Assembly: GCA_903944255.1 (NCBI GenBank)
Contig: CAJARE010000295.1
Coordinates: 1-41,358 of the forward strand
DNA from: an uncultured beta proteobacterium
GTDB taxonomy: Bacteria; Pseudomonadota; Gammaproteobacteria; Burkholderiales; Burkholderiaceae
Reading direction: 5' to 3'
DNA length: 41,358 nt
Shown: positions 20,300 through 31,800 of the stretch, one piece after another
How positions within the stretch are numbered: the first letter of the stretch is position 1
Layout of the letters: the number at the start of each line of letters is the position of its first letter
The notes under the pieces: generated by a model
Told to the model about the DNA's origin: nothing
Database searches by the model: none
What the model saw: the letters and a program-made list of their open reading frames with translations, nothing else
Position numbers and translations under genes: made by a program

Positions 20300-21337
20300 G
20301 TGGCATTGCCGCAAACTCCTGATTCGAATCCCATTGATTATATCGACGATGAGGATTTCATTACCCTAGAGATTCCCCAGGATATGGCGGGAGAACGTCT
20401 GGACAAGGTCTTGGCGACTTTTTTGCCTGATTATTCTCGAAATCGACTCAAGACTTGGGTAGAGGCAGGGGCCGTTACGGTAGATGGAAAAGTAACAAAA
20501 GCTCGCTATTTACTTCATGGGGGAGAAAGCATTAAGGTTTTTCCACAAGATATGCCAGAGCAGTTTGCCTTTCATCCTGAGGATATTGCGCTAGATGTCA
20601 TTTACGAAGATCCATCGATCATTGTGATCAATAAACAGCCTGGCTTAGTAGTTCATCCCGCTGCTGGAAATTGGACTGGTACTTTATTAAATGGCCTGTT
20701 GTTTTGCTATCCCGAGCTAAAAAGCCTTCCTCGCGCAGGTATTGTCCATCGGCTTGATAAAGATACCTCTGGGCTAATGGTGGTAGCAAGAACTTCTCAA
20801 GCACAAACCGCTTTGGTAAAACAACTTCAAGAGAGAACTGTTGGAAGGCGATATTTGGCATTGGTATGGGGTAATGTACCGAGTCAAGGAAAAGTTTTGG
20901 CAACAGTAGGGCGAGATCAGCGCGATAGATTAAAGATGGCCGCTGGTAGCCCACAAGGAAAGCCTGCCGCAACGATATTTCGTCGTCTTTCTAAAGGATT
21001 ATTTGGCGATGCTTCATTGGCCTTAGTCGAGTGCCGATTGGAGACGGGCCGCACCCATCAAATTCGCGTGCATTTAGAGTCACTAGGTTTCCCGCTGCTT
21101 GGTGATCCTGTTTATCGAAAGAAAACTCCGGGTGCGGCAAAAGCACTTCCATTGATGCGTCAGGCGCTGCATGCTTATGCGCTCACCCTTGAGCATCCTG
21201 TCAGTAAGGAGGTCGTGACCTGGTTTCAGGTGCCTCCAGAAGATTTAATTGAACTTTTGCCGCATCTTAGTTTGAGTACTGAAGATCTACCCAAGAAAGA
21301 TGCGCTATTGGCATCTATTGCGAATGAGCGTCATTGA
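20300..21337 (+). CDS. rluD: 23S rRNA pseudouridine synthase RluD
   Basis: S4 domain, VVHPAAG, GIVHRLDKDTSG, LETGRTHQIRVH; bamD-rluD-pgeF synteny. Confidence 0.93.
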   Translation: MALPQTPDSNPIDYIDDEDFITLEIPQDMAGERLDKVLATFLPDYSRNRLKTWVEAGAVTVDGKVTKARYLLHGGESIKVFPQDMPEQFAFHPEDIALDVIYEDPSIIVINKQPGLVVHPAAGNWTGTLLNGLLFCYPELKSLPRAGIVHRLDKDTSGLMVVARTSQAQTALVKQLQERTVGRRYLALVWGNVPSQGKVLATVGRDQRDRLKMAAGSPQGKPAATIFRRLSKGLFGDASLALVECRLETGRTHQIRVHLESLGFPLLGDPVYRKKTPGAAKALPLMRQALHAYALTLEHPVSKEVVTWFQVPPEDLIELLPHLSLSTEDLPKKDALLASIANERH

Positions 21338-22098
21338 TGAACTTGATAAAACTTGGTTGGGATACGCCTCCTCAAATTCATGCTCTGATAAGCACGCGTT
21401 TGGGGGGCGTCAGTCAACCGCCCTATGACTCATTCAATCTTGCAGAGCATGTAGGTGATAAACCAGAATATGTTGCTCATAATCGTCGCTTATTGCGTGC
21501 GCATCTTCCATCTGAGCCTCTATGGTTAAAACAAATTCATAGCTCTACTGTAAGTACACCAGCTGAACGTTCAAATGATTCCAATGTGTTAATAGTGGCC
21601 GATGGGATAGTCACTACTAAGCCTGAAGAAGTTTTAGCCATCATGACTGCAGATTGCCTTCCGGTTCTATTTGCCGCTAATGATGGATCCGTAATCGGCG
21701 CAGCCCATGCTGGCTGGAGGGGTTTATCTTCGGGCGTACTTGAAAATACAGTAGATGCGATGCTCGCGCTATGTCCACATTTGTCAAGCGTAGATATAGT
21801 GGCATATATGGGTCCAGCAATTGGGCCAAGTAGCTATGAAGTAGGTGAGGATGTTTTTAAGGCTTTCCAAGAGTCTTCACTGAAACCAGATCTAAAGGAT
21901 TTTGTACCTGTACCAAATCAACATGGAAAATATCTTGTCAATCTGTACTCTTTGGCAAGGGCTCGGTTAAATCTTGTTGGCATTCATCGGGTTGATGGAG
22001 GAGGGTCATGTACTTATCTTGATCAAGACCACTTTTATTCATACCGACGCGATGGCATAACAGGACGATTTGCCTCCTTCATTTGGATTGAGAAATAG
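21334..22098 (+). CDS. pgeF: PgeF/YfiH family (peptidoglycan editing factor / purine nucleoside phosphorylase)
   Basis: STRLGGVS, QIHS, TADCLPV, AHAGWRG, FYSYRRDG. Confidence 0.92.
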   Translation: MMNLIKLGWDTPPQIHALISTRLGGVSQPPYDSFNLAEHVGDKPEYVAHNRRLLRAHLPSEPLWLKQIHSSTVSTPAERSNDSNVLIVADGIVTTKPEEVLAIMTADCLPVLFAANDGSVIGAAHAGWRGLSSGVLENTVDAMLALCPHLSSVDIVAYMGPAIGPSSYEVGEDVFKAFQESSLKPDLKDFVPVPNQHGKYLVNLYSLARARLNLVGIHRVDGGGSCTYLDQDHFYSYRRDGITGRFASFIWIEK

Positions 22099-22215
22099 AC
22101 AGATCCTGATGTTCATTCGGGTTAATACTATATTTGCCCTTGGGCTAGGGTTATTGCGTATAACCCTATATTCCCGATGGATGGAGAATGTCTACTATTA
22201 ATTTACGAGAATATT

Positions 22216-23850
22216 ATGTTTGCAGGCATGAATCCAAGCGCCACTCCATCTTTGGCAGCGCACCATATGGCGCTCATTCCGCCCGATCGCTTGGCAGAAA
22301 TTCAAAAAGAGTATTTCACTGAATTAGCACATATCGCTACAAATCCAGAAGCGATTGAGCTTAAAGATCGGCGTTTTGCTGGCAAAGCTTGGCACTCATC
22401 ATGGAGTAAGGTGATTGCGGCAACCTATCTTTTAAATTCCAAACACTTAATGTCTTTGGCTAAGGCTGTTGAAACAGACGAAAAATCAAAGCAAAAGATT
22501 TTATTTACTACCGAGCAAATGATTGATGCTTTATCGCCTTCCAATTTTATCGCTACCAATCCTGAAGTGTTAGAAAATATTATTAGCACTCAAGGGCAGT
22601 CGATCCAAAAAGGAATTGTTAACTTATTAGGGGATATGAAAAAAGGTAAGGTCTCTCAAACTGATGAGAGCGCCTTTGAGGTCGGCAAAAATATTGCCAC
22701 CACCGAAGGGCATGTCATTTTCCGTAATGACTTATTTGAGCTCATTCAATACACACCGCTGACTAAAGAAGTCTTTGAGCGCCCCTATTTGATGGTGCCT
22801 CCTTGTATCAATAAATACTACATATTAGATTTGCAGCCTGATAACTCAGTAGTGCGACATATGGTTGCTCAAGGGCACACCGTATTTTTGATTTCTTGGA
22901 AAAATCCTGATACATCGATGGCAAAAATCAGCTGGGATGATTACGTCGGCAAAGGTGTTATTAAGGCTATCGAGGTTGTTAAAGACATCAGCGAAACAAA
23001 GCAAATTAATATTCTTGGTTTTTGTGTTGGTGGAACACTAACCGCATCGGCTTTAGCGGTCCTGGCTGCTCGTAACGAGCATCCAGCTGCAAGCCTTACT
23101 TTATTTACCACCCTACTTGATTTTGCCAATACGGGCATCTTAGATGTCTTTATTGATGAAGGCATGGTCGAGATGCGCGAGAATTCGATTGGTGGAAAAG
23201 GTGGCAAGTACGGCATGATGTCTGGACTTGATCTGGGTAATACCTTCTCCTTCTTGCGTCCAAATGATCTTGTGTGGAATTATGTTGTTGAGAATTATCT
23301 AAAAGGTAATTCACCGCCACCATTCGATCTACTGTACTGGAATGGCGATTCCACCAATTTACCTGGTGCTATGTACTGCTGGTATTTAAGGCATACCTAT
23401 TTACAAAATGATTTAGTTAAACCTGGTAAGGTCAGTATTTGCGGTGAAAAAATTGATCTAGGTAAAATTAAATGTCCAGCATATGTGTATGCATCTCACG
23501 AAGATCATATCGTTCCGTGGCAATCTGCTTACGAGTCAACACACTTACTAAAAGGTAAAAATCGTTTTGTTTTAGGTGCCTCAGGCCACATAGCAGGTGT
23601 TATTAATCCACCTGCAAAAAATAAACGCTATTACTTTGAAAATAATCAGATCTTACCCACGGCACAAGAATGGCTAGAAGGTGCTAAACAAATCCCAGGA
23701 AGCTGGTGGCCCAACTATACAAAATGGCTTGAGCAATTTGGTGGTCAACAGAAGCCTGCGAGCAAAATATTTGGCAATGCACAGTATAAAAAGATGGAAG
23801 CTGCGCCTGGAACTTATGTAAAAGAAAAAGCAGATCTTGCAATTAAATAA
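22216..23850 (+). CDS. phaC: Class I polyhydroxyalkanoate synthase
   Basis: PPCINKYYILDL, lipase-box GFCVGG (catalytic Cys), DHIVPW (Asp), SGHIAG (His), GSWW. Probable start ATG 22216 (22177 also possible). Confidence 0.95.
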   Translation: MFAGMNPSATPSLAAHHMALIPPDRLAEIQKEYFTELAHIATNPEAIELKDRRFAGKAWHSSWSKVIAATYLLNSKHLMSLAKAVETDEKSKQKILFTTEQMIDALSPSNFIATNPEVLENIISTQGQSIQKGIVNLLGDMKKGKVSQTDESAFEVGKNIATTEGHVIFRNDLFELIQYTPLTKEVFERPYLMVPPCINKYYILDLQPDNSVVRHMVAQGHTVFLISWKNPDTSMAKISWDDYVGKGVIKAIEVVKDISETKQINILGFCVGGTLTASALAVLAARNEHPAASLTLFTTLLDFANTGILDVFIDEGMVEMRENSIGGKGGKYGMMSGLDLGNTFSFLRPNDLVWNYVVENYLKGNSPPPFDLLYWNGDSTNLPGAMYCWYLRHTYLQNDLVKPGKVSICGEKIDLGKIKCPAYVYASHEDHIVPWQSAYESTHLLKGKNRFVLGASGHIAGVINPPAKNKRYYFENNQILPTAQEWLEGAKQIPGSWWPNYTKWLEQFGGQQKPASKIFGNAQYKKMEAAPGTYVKEKADLAIK

Positions 23851-23888
23851 ACATAGTAATTATCGAAGGTTTTTAAAAGGGGAAAGTA

Positions 23889-24629
23889 ATGTCTCAAAAA
23901 GTCGCATATGTCACTGGTGGTATGGGTGGAATCGGTACTGCAATTTGTCAGCGCCTTGCCAAAGATGGTTTTAAGGTCATCGCTGGCTGTGGCCCCAATT
24001 CTCCCCGAAAGGATCGCTGGATTGGCGAGCAAAAGGTGTTGGGTTATGACTTTATTGCCTCAGAAGGAAATGTATCCGATTGGGATAGCACCGTTGAGGC
24101 GTTTAATAAGGTAAAGGCCGAAGTTGGTCGTGTAGACGTTTTAGTGAATAACGCCGGTATCACGCGTGACAGTGTTTTTCGCAAAATGACGCCAGACGCT
24201 TGGAAGGCTGTGATTGACACCAATCTGAATTCCTTATTTAACGTTACCAAGCAAGTCATCGACGGAATGGTGGATAACAATTGGGGTCGAATCATTAATA
24301 TCTCCTCTGTAAACGGTCAAAAAGGTCAGTTTGGGCAGGCTAACTATTCCACTGCCAAGGCAGGTTTGCATGGATTTACGATGGCCCTGGCCCAGGAAGT
24401 GGCGACAAAAGGCGTAACTGTGAATACAGTTTCTCCTGGCTACATCGGCACAGATATGGTTAAAGCTATTCGAGAGGACGTCCTGGAGAAAATCATCTCT
24501 GGAATTCCAGTGAAGCGTCTGGGCACTCCAGATGAAATTGGCTCCATTTGCTGCTGGATCGCTTCAGAGGATGGCGCCTATGCAACAGGCGCTGATTTCT
24601 CCTTAAATGGCGGTATTCATACTGGCTAA
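23889..24629 (+). CDS. phaB: Acetoacetyl-CoA reductase
   Basis: TGGMGGIG, NNAGITRD, NYSTAKAG; lies in the pha cluster. Confidence 0.95.
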   Translation: MSQKVAYVTGGMGGIGTAICQRLAKDGFKVIAGCGPNSPRKDRWIGEQKVLGYDFIASEGNVSDWDSTVEAFNKVKAEVGRVDVLVNNAGITRDSVFRKMTPDAWKAVIDTNLNSLFNVTKQVIDGMVDNNWGRIINISSVNGQKGQFGQANYSTAKAGLHGFTMALAQEVATKGVTVNTVSPGYIGTDMVKAIREDVLEKIISGIPVKRLGTPDEIGSICCWIASEDGAYATGADFSLNGGIHTG

Positions 24630-24630
24630 T

Positions 24631-24720
24631 ACTGCATTTGCAGTTATTAGAGTGATGCAACACGGCATATTTACCTTTTGATCAAACTAGAGATAAACTA
24701 TGCCGATGTTGCGTTGCAAT
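24631..24720. promoter_or_regulatory. TGC/GCA-rich palindromes upstream of phaR, putative PhaR operator
   Basis: ACTGCATTTGCAGT (24631-24644) and GCAACA/TGTTGC arms flanking CGGCATA/TATGCCG. Confidence 0.55.
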
Positions 24721-24734
24721 ACTAAGTAAGGAAA

Positions 24735-25298
24735 ATGATGGCTACAAGAGCAAAGCGAGTAGGCGAAGAGCGACTCATAAAGAAATATCCTAACCGTCGT
24801 CTATATGACACGCAAACAAGTACGTACGTTACTTTGACGGATATCAAAGCCTTGGTAATGACTAGTGAGATCTTTAAAGTGGTTGATGCTAAGACTGAAG
24901 AGGACCTGACTCGCAATATTTTGCTCCAGATTATTTTGGAGGAAGAGGCCGGTGGAACACCTGTTTTCTCTTCACAAATGCTTTCTCAAATTATTCGTTT
25001 TTACGGAAACTCCATGCAAGGTTTGATGGGCAATTACTTAGAGAAGACTATGCAGTCTTTTGTGGACATCCACAGTAAATTGGGTGATCAGACCAAAGGT
25101 CTGGGAGTAGGGAGTACTCCTGAGGCTTGGTCACAATTGCTTAATATACAAAATCCATTGATGCAAAATTTGATGGGTAGCTACATGGAACAAAGCAAAG
25201 ACTTATTCCTAAAGATGCAAGAACAAATGCAGGGTTCGCAAAATATGTTTGGTGGTTTTCCATTTACATCCAAGCCTGACAAAACAGAAAAAGAATAG
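24735..25298 (+). CDS. phaR: PHA synthesis repressor PhaR
   Basis: [32 protein letters not shown]. Confidence 0.95.
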   Translation: MMATRAKRVGEERLIKKYPNRRLYDTQTSTYVTLTDIKALVMTSEIFKVVDAKTEEDLTRNILLQIILEEEAGGTPVFSSQMLSQIIRFYGNSMQGLMGNYLEKTMQSFVDIHSKLGDQTKGLGVGSTPEAWSQLLNIQNPLMQNLMGSYMEQSKDLFLKMQEQMQGSQNMFGGFPFTSKPDKTEKE

Positions 25299-25300
25299 TT

Positions 25301-26659
25301 GTGGCTGCAAAAATTGGTTTTGTATCCTTGGGTTGCCCAAAGGCATTGGTTGATTCAGAGCTGATCTTGACTCAGCTCAGCGCTGAGGGATATGAGACCG
25401 CTAAAGACTACTCTGGCGCTGACTTAGTTGTTGTTAATACTTGTGGTTTTATTGACTCTGCTGTTGAAGAAAGTCTTTCTGCAATAGGTGAAGCTCTTGC
25501 AGAAAATGGCAAGGTCATTGTGACGGGTTGTTTGGGTGCGCGTAAAAATCCAGATGGTAGTGACCTCATCCTCAGTATTCACCCCAAGGTGCTTGCTGTT
25601 ACAGGGCCTCATGCTACAGACGAGGTGATGCAGGCTATTCACTTGCACTTACCTAAGCCGCATGATCCATTTACTGATTTAGTACCACCCACTGGCATTA
25701 AGCTAACCCCAAAACACTATGCCTATCTGAAAATTTCAGAGGGCTGCAATCATCGCTGCACTTTCTGCATCATTCCAAGTATGCGCGGAGATCTTGTCTC
25801 CAGGCCAATTGGCGAAGTTTTGCTAGAAGCCACCCGCCTTTTTGAATCTGGCGTAAAAGAACTCTTAGTAGTCTCCCAAGATACCAGCGCCTATGGAGTT
25901 GATATTCAATATCGCACTGGTTTTTGGGATGGCAAACCAATTAAAACCAGAATGTTTGATTTGGTGAATGCATTAAATCAAATAGCTCGTGAGCATCAAG
26001 CTTGGGTAAGGCTTCATTATGTATATCCATACCCTCACGTAGATGACATCTTGCCATTGATGGCGGAATTTTCAGAGCATGGTTATGGTGTCTTACCCTA
26101 CCTCGATATACCCCTTCAGCATGCGCACCCCGATGTCCTTAAGAGAATGAAGCGTCCAGCTAGTGGTGAAAAGAATTTAGAGCGCATATTGGCATGGCGC
26201 GCAGCGTGTCCGGATTTAGTGATTCGTAGCACCTTTATTGCAGGGTTTCCTGGTGAAACTGAGGCAGAGTTTGAGTACTTGTTGAATTTTTTAGATGAGG
26301 CTCAAATTGATAGGGCTGGATGCTTTGCTTACTCACCCGTAGATGGTGCATTAGCCAATCAATTAGAAAATCCAATTCCTGAGCAAATTCGTGAGGAGCG
26401 TAGAGCTCAATTTATGGCCAAGGCGGAGCAAATCTCTATTAAGCGCCTGGCTAAGAAAGTTGGTAGACGTATCCAAGTATTAATTGACAGGGTAGATGAT
26501 TCAGGTGGAATAGGTCGTACCATAGGGGATGCCCCAGAAATTGATGGCTTAGTGAGGGTATTGCCCCCAAGCAAACCTTCCAAGCGTTATAGGGCTGGAG
26601 ACATTATTCGGGCAACAGTGATTAGCTCACAAGGGCATGACCTAATAGCCGAAACTTGA
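25301..26659 (+). CDS. rimO: Ribosomal protein S12 methylthiotransferase RimO
   Basis: [12 protein letters not shown], radical [30 protein letters not shown]. Confidence 0.95.
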   Translation: MAAKIGFVSLGCPKALVDSELILTQLSAEGYETAKDYSGADLVVVNTCGFIDSAVEESLSAIGEALAENGKVIVTGCLGARKNPDGSDLILSIHPKVLAVTGPHATDEVMQAIHLHLPKPHDPFTDLVPPTGIKLTPKHYAYLKISEGCNHRCTFCIIPSMRGDLVSRPIGEVLLEATRLFESGVKELLVVSQDTSAYGVDIQYRTGFWDGKPIKTRMFDLVNALNQIAREHQAWVRLHYVYPYPHVDDILPLMAEFSEHGYGVLPYLDIPLQHAHPDVLKRMKRPASGEKNLERILAWRAACPDLVIRSTFIAGFPGETEAEFEYLLNFLDEAQIDRAGCFAYSPVDGALANQLENPIPEQIREERRAQFMAKAEQISIKRLAKKVGRRIQVLIDRVDDSGGIGRTIGDAPEIDGLVRVLPPSKPSKRYRAGDIIRATVISSQGHDLIAET

Positions 26660-26738
26660 GGATTGTTATTAAATAAGGTTTTGATGTATTCATTATGTGT
26701 AATAAAGCCTAATCTTAGGCTCAGCTAAGGGGATTGAT

Positions 26739-27923
26739 ATGAGTCGTGATGTCGTTGTATTAAGCGCAGTTCGTTCCGCAATTGGTGCCTTTAATGGTTC
26801 CCTCAGTAGTTTTGAACCTTCAGAACTCGGCGGTATCGTCATGAAAGAGGCAGTTGCACGCTCTGGTGTAGATCCAGCATTAATCAATTACATCACCGTT
26901 GGCAATACCATTCCAACTGATAGCCGTTATGCCTATGTGGCACGCGTAGCATCCATTCAGGCAGGCTTGCCAATGGACTCTGTCGCGATGTCATTAAATC
27001 GTCTCTGTAGCTCTGGCCTTCAGGCAATCGTTACTACAGCTCAACAAATTATGTTGGGTGATTGTGATTACGGTATTGGTGGCGGTGTTGAAGTGATGTC
27101 TCGCGGTATGTATGGCTCCCCAGCAATGCGAAGTGGAGCGCGCATGGGTGATACCAAAATGCTCGACTTGATGGTTGCCGTTTTAACAGATCCATTCGGT
27201 GTTGGCCATATGGGAGTAACCGCTGAAAATCTGGTGGAAAAATGGAAATTAACACGTGAAGAGCAGGATGCATTTGCCATGGAATCGCACCGTCGCGCTG
27301 CTCATGCGATTAAAGAAGGCCGCTTCAAATCTCAAATTGTTCCCATCACTATTAAGTCTCGTAAAGGTGATGTCGTGTTCGATACAGATGAGCATTGCAA
27401 GCCAGATACCACGATGGAAACCCTTGGCAAGATGAAAGCAGTTTTCAAAAAAGAGGGTGGTAGCGTTACTGCAGGAAATGCATCGGGTATAAACGATGGC
27501 GCTGCATTCTTTGTGCTCGCAGATGCAGATACCGCTAAAAAGGCAGGTCATAAGCCAATTGCCCGCTTAGTTTCTTATGCGGTGGCAGGTGTTCCTAATC
27601 ACATTATGGGTGAAGGCCCAATTCCAGCAACTAAGCTTGCCCTTGAGCGCGCCGGCCTAAAACTTGATCAAATGGATGTGATTGAATCCAATGAGGCTTT
27701 TGCAGCCCAAGCACTTGCAGTAACTAAAGGGCTAGGATTAGATCCTGCAAAAACAAACGTCAATGGCGGCGCTATTGCTTTAGGTCATCCAATTGGTTGC
27801 TCTGGCGCGGCTATTGCTACAAAAGCACTCCATGAGTTGCAACGTGTTCAAGGAAAGTACGCCTTAGTAACCATGTGTATTGGTGGTGGTCAAGGAATTG
27901 CCACCATTTTTGAGCGTATGTAA
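26739..27923 (+). CDS. bktB: Beta-ketothiolase BktB
   Basis: [32 protein letters not shown]; phaR-rimO-bktB order as in Cupriavidus. Confidence 0.88.
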   Translation: MSRDVVVLSAVRSAIGAFNGSLSSFEPSELGGIVMKEAVARSGVDPALINYITVGNTIPTDSRYAYVARVASIQAGLPMDSVAMSLNRLCSSGLQAIVTTAQQIMLGDCDYGIGGGVEVMSRGMYGSPAMRSGARMGDTKMLDLMVAVLTDPFGVGHMGVTAENLVEKWKLTREEQDAFAMESHRRAAHAIKEGRFKSQIVPITIKSRKGDVVFDTDEHCKPDTTMETLGKMKAVFKKEGGSVTAGNASGINDGAAFFVLADADTAKKAGHKPIARLVSYAVAGVPNHIMGEGPIPATKLALERAGLKLDQMDVIESNEAFAAQALAVTKGLGLDPAKTNVNGGAIALGHPIGCSGAAIATKALHELQRVQGKYALVTMCIGGGQGIATIFERM

Positions 27924-27934
27924 GCCAAATGACG

Positions 27935-27967
27935 CTGATGATTTAGAGCATCACCTTAAATCATCAG
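27935..27967. terminator. Hairpin between convergent bktB and serB
   Basis: CTGATGATTTA (27935-27945) / TAAATCATCAG (27957-27967); overlaps the serB stop; no clear U-tract. Confidence 0.45.
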
Positions 27968-28843
27968 TAGTAAAGCTGCATCCAAGCCGACATGGTCAAA
28001 AGCCGCGTCGGCTTTTTCTTTGACAATAGGTTTTGATCGATAGGCAATGCTGATGCCCGAACCATTCATCATGATGAGATCATTAGCACCATCACCCATG
28101 GTGATTGAATTGATCTTAGTGCAAGCAAGTTGATCGCAGGCCTTGTCTAAATAGGCTGCTTTAGCTAAGCCATCCACAATCTCACCTAAGACCTGACCTG
28201 TTAGTTTGCCGTCGATGATTTCTAAAGTATTTGCTTGGGTTTGTTTAATTCCAAACTGCTGGCCTAGCCTTTCTGTAAAGAAAGTAAAGCCACCGGAAAC
28301 GAGTAACGTATGGATAGCACGTTCATGCGCACCAGCTAAGAGCTCTGCTGCCCCAGGATTTGGTCGTAATCTTTCTCGGTAAACCGCTTCTAAGCAATCT
28401 ACAGATACACCTTCTAATAAAGCAACTCGTTTTCGCAAGCTTTCTTTGAAGTCCTTGATCTCACCGCGCATAGTTGCCTCTGTAATTTGTGCTACAGCAG
28501 CTTTTTTACCCACAAAATCAGCGATTTCATCAATGCATTCAATATTAATTAATGTTGAGTCCATATCCATTGCCAAGATCCGGATTGAATGAGATTGGTA
28601 ATCTGGTTTCAAAAAGCATAAGTCGGTATTAAATTGACTTGCGATAGAGCGGAGTAATTCTCGCTGATGTGTATCTAGCTGTTGATTGCAAGACCATCGC
28701 TCTGAATAATAGCTACCATTGAATACTTGGCTATCTTCAGTATGTAAAGTTGTAGCAAACACCAGAGCTTTTTCCTTTAGCTCAAAAATCAATTTTTGAG
28801 CAATTGGCTCTCGGGAAATGGCTATCAGTATTTGAAAGGACAT
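27956..28843 (-). CDS. serB: Phosphoserine phosphatase
   Basis: HAD motifs DMDSTL, ECIDE, VSGGF, GDGANDL. Confidence 0.93.
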   Translation of the reverse strand: MSFQILIAISREPIAQKLIFELKEKALVFATTLHTEDSQVFNGSYYSERWSCNQQLDTHQRELLRSIASQFNTDLCFLKPDYQSHSIRILAMDMDSTLINIECIDEIADFVGKKAAVAQITEATMRGEIKDFKESLRKRVALLEGVSVDCLEAVYRERLRPNPGAAELLAGAHERAIHTLLVSGGFTFFTERLGQQFGIKQTQANTLEIIDGKLTGQVLGEIVDGLAKAAYLDKACDQLACTKINSITMGDGANDLIMMNGSGISIAYRSKPIVKEKADAAFDHVGLDAALLLMI

Positions 28844-28867
28844 AGCTGCAATATTAATGGTGATTTA

Positions 28868-31800
28868 TTACTCAATCTGAACAGTATTAAGCATTGCTGA
28901 TTCATTAAGACGACGTAAAACCATTCGGATAGCATCTAATCGTTGTTCAAGCTTATCAAATTCACGATCTTTTTGAGGAAGTATCTTCAATTTGTCCTGC
29001 CCATTTAGCAAAATATGCTTTGAGCTCTGAATTAACTGAATAATCTTCATGGGATCAATCGGTGGGTTTGGTATAAATTGAATCTGAATGGAGGCTGGGA
29101 AGGCGTCAATCTTTTTGATACCAAAGCCTGTCATTTCTAGGCGTAGACGATGGGTTTCATAGAATGATTTAGCTTGATCTGGTAGATCTCCAAAACGATC
29201 CACTAATTCTTCTCGCAAGCCCATCAACTCTGAAAAGTCATGCGTACCTGCAAAGCGTTTATACAGAGAGAGGCGCTCATGGACATCGGGACAGTAATCA
29301 CTTGGAAGAAGGGCAGGTACACCCAAATTAACATCTGTGGTAGCTTGCAGGGGCGCTAGAAGATCAGGCTCTTTACCGCTACGCAAGGACTTCACGGCAC
29401 GGTTGAGCATCTCTGTATAGAGCTGATAACCAATTTCATGAATTTCGCCCGATTGCTTGTCGCCTAACACTTCGCCTGCACCACGGATCTCAAGGTCGTG
29501 CATGGCTAAATAGAAACCGGAACCCAATTCCTCCATCGCTTGAATGGCATTTAATCGTAATTGAGCCTGCTTACTCAGTGCTTCAGGGTCTGGAACTAAT
29601 AGATAGGCATAAGCTTGGTGATGGGAGCGGCCAACACGCCCTCTTAATTGATGTAATTGGGCTAAGCCAAATTTATCTGCACGATGCATGATGATGGTAT
29701 TTGCAGTAGGGACATCTATGCCCGTCTCAATAATGGTGGTGCACAGCAAAATATTGGTACGCTGCGTTACAAACTCGCGCATTACTGATTCCAATTCCCG
29801 TTCCTGCATTTGTCCATGTGCAACACTAATAGTTGCCTCTGGAATCAGTGCTTGTAATGCATGCTTCCGATTTTCAATGGTTTCTACTTCATTGTGTAAA
29901 AAGTAAACCTGACCTCCACGCTTAATTTCACGCAGTACCGCTTCTCTGATGATGCTCTCACCTTCACGACGTACAAAAGTTTTAATCGCAAGTCGTTTCT
30001 GTGGGGCGGTAGCAATGATAGAGAATTCTCTTAGGCCTTCCATAGCCATACCCAATGTTCGCGGAATAGGGGTTGCGGTTAAGGTCAATATATCTACTTC
30101 AGCACGCAGTGCTTTGAGAGCATCCTTTTGCCTAACTCCAAAGCGATGCTCTTCGTCAACAATGACTAAACCTAAATTAGCAAATTTGGTCTCTTTTGAA
30201 AGTAATTTATGAGTGCCAATGATGATGTCAGCTTCGCCCTTAGCAATGGCCTCTAATGCAGCATTAATTTCCTTGCTTGTTTTAAAGCGTGAAAGCTCAA
30301 CAATGCGTACAGGCCAATCTGCAAAACGATCCTTCCAAGTAGCAACATGTTGTTCGGCCAACAAGGTGGTCGGTGCCAGTATGGCAACTTGCTTGCCGCC
30401 CATAACTGCTACAAAGCTAGCCCGCAGGGCTACCTCAGTTTTACCAAAGCCAACATCACCACATACCAGGCGGTCCATTGGACTGCCGCTAGTCATATCA
30501 CCAATCACTGCAGCAATTGCATTGGCTTGATCCGGCGTCTCTTCAAAGCCAAAACTTTCAGAAAATGCAGCGTAATCATGAGCGGAAAACTCGAAGGCAT
30601 GGCCTTTTCGAATTGCTCTGGCCGCATACAAACTGAGTAGTTCTGCAGCGGTATCACGAATTTGTTGCGCAGCCTTACGTTTGGCTTTATCCCATTGACC
30701 TGAACCTAATTGATGTAATGGTGCTGAATCAGGATCGGATCCAGCATAACGTGTAACCATTTGCAATTGTTGAACGGGGACATATAGAGTTGCTTGCCCT
30801 GCATATTGGAGGTGCAAAAATTCTTCAAAAATGGGTTCATCTTTAGGGGCTGCTATGTTGAGTAATACCAGCCCCTGATAGCGACCTATTCCATGATCAG
30901 CATGAACTACAGGATCACCGATCTTGAGCTCTGATAGATCTTTAAAAAGCATGTCTGGATCAACTTGCTCAGATCCTTTGCCTTTTCGTCTTTGTCTTGC
31001 GGTAGTAGTAAATAATTCTGCCTCTGTTAAAACAATGAAGTTTTGATCAGGCCATGAAAATCCATTGAACAGCTGTGCAATGACTAGCCCAAAGGGGCTA
31101 TTACTTTTAATAAAATCTGCAATACCTTCAAAGCCATCAGGCTTTAGGGGGAATAAAGTAACACCGTTCGGCCCTGAAACTAAATTACTTTCTTCTAATA
31201 GTTGACGAATCGACTCCTTTCGTCCGGCGCTATCTGCGCAAATGAGTATGCGCACATTTTCTACTGACACTAAAGCTCTGAGTTTTGCAAGCGGATCTGC
31301 GTCACGTCGATGAACTGCAATATCTGGTACTGGCAAGAACTGAGCTTGATCTGTTGATTGATGTTCAAGAGTAATTCGTGCGTGTGGTTTTGAAGATGAA
31401 AAGAATTCATCTACATCTAAAAATAATTCCTTAGGAGGCAGAATAGGGCGATCAAGATCGTGCTTTAGAAATTCATAACGAGTTTGCGTATCTTTCCAAA
31501 AACTGCGAATTGTTTCTTCAATATCGCCGGTATTCCATATCCATACTGGATCGCCGGAACGAGGAAAGTAATCAAATACATTTGACTGCTCTTCAAAAAA
31601 CATCGGCAGATAAGATTCAATTCCCGCGCTCGGGATACCCAAATTAGCATCTTTATAAATTGAGCAGCGAGTAGGGTCTCCTTCAAAGACCTCGCGCCAT
31701 TTGCTCCTAAAGGCTGTTCGCGACGCATCATCAAATGGAAATTCATGACCGGGTAGCAAACGGACTTCCTTGACTGGATAAAGACTGCGTTGGGTATCTG

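Noticed and set aside
25301-26659. rimO embedded in a PHA cluster
   Set aside because: The phaR-rimO-bktB neighbourhood is known from Cupriavidus and Burkholderia, so it is not novel by itself.
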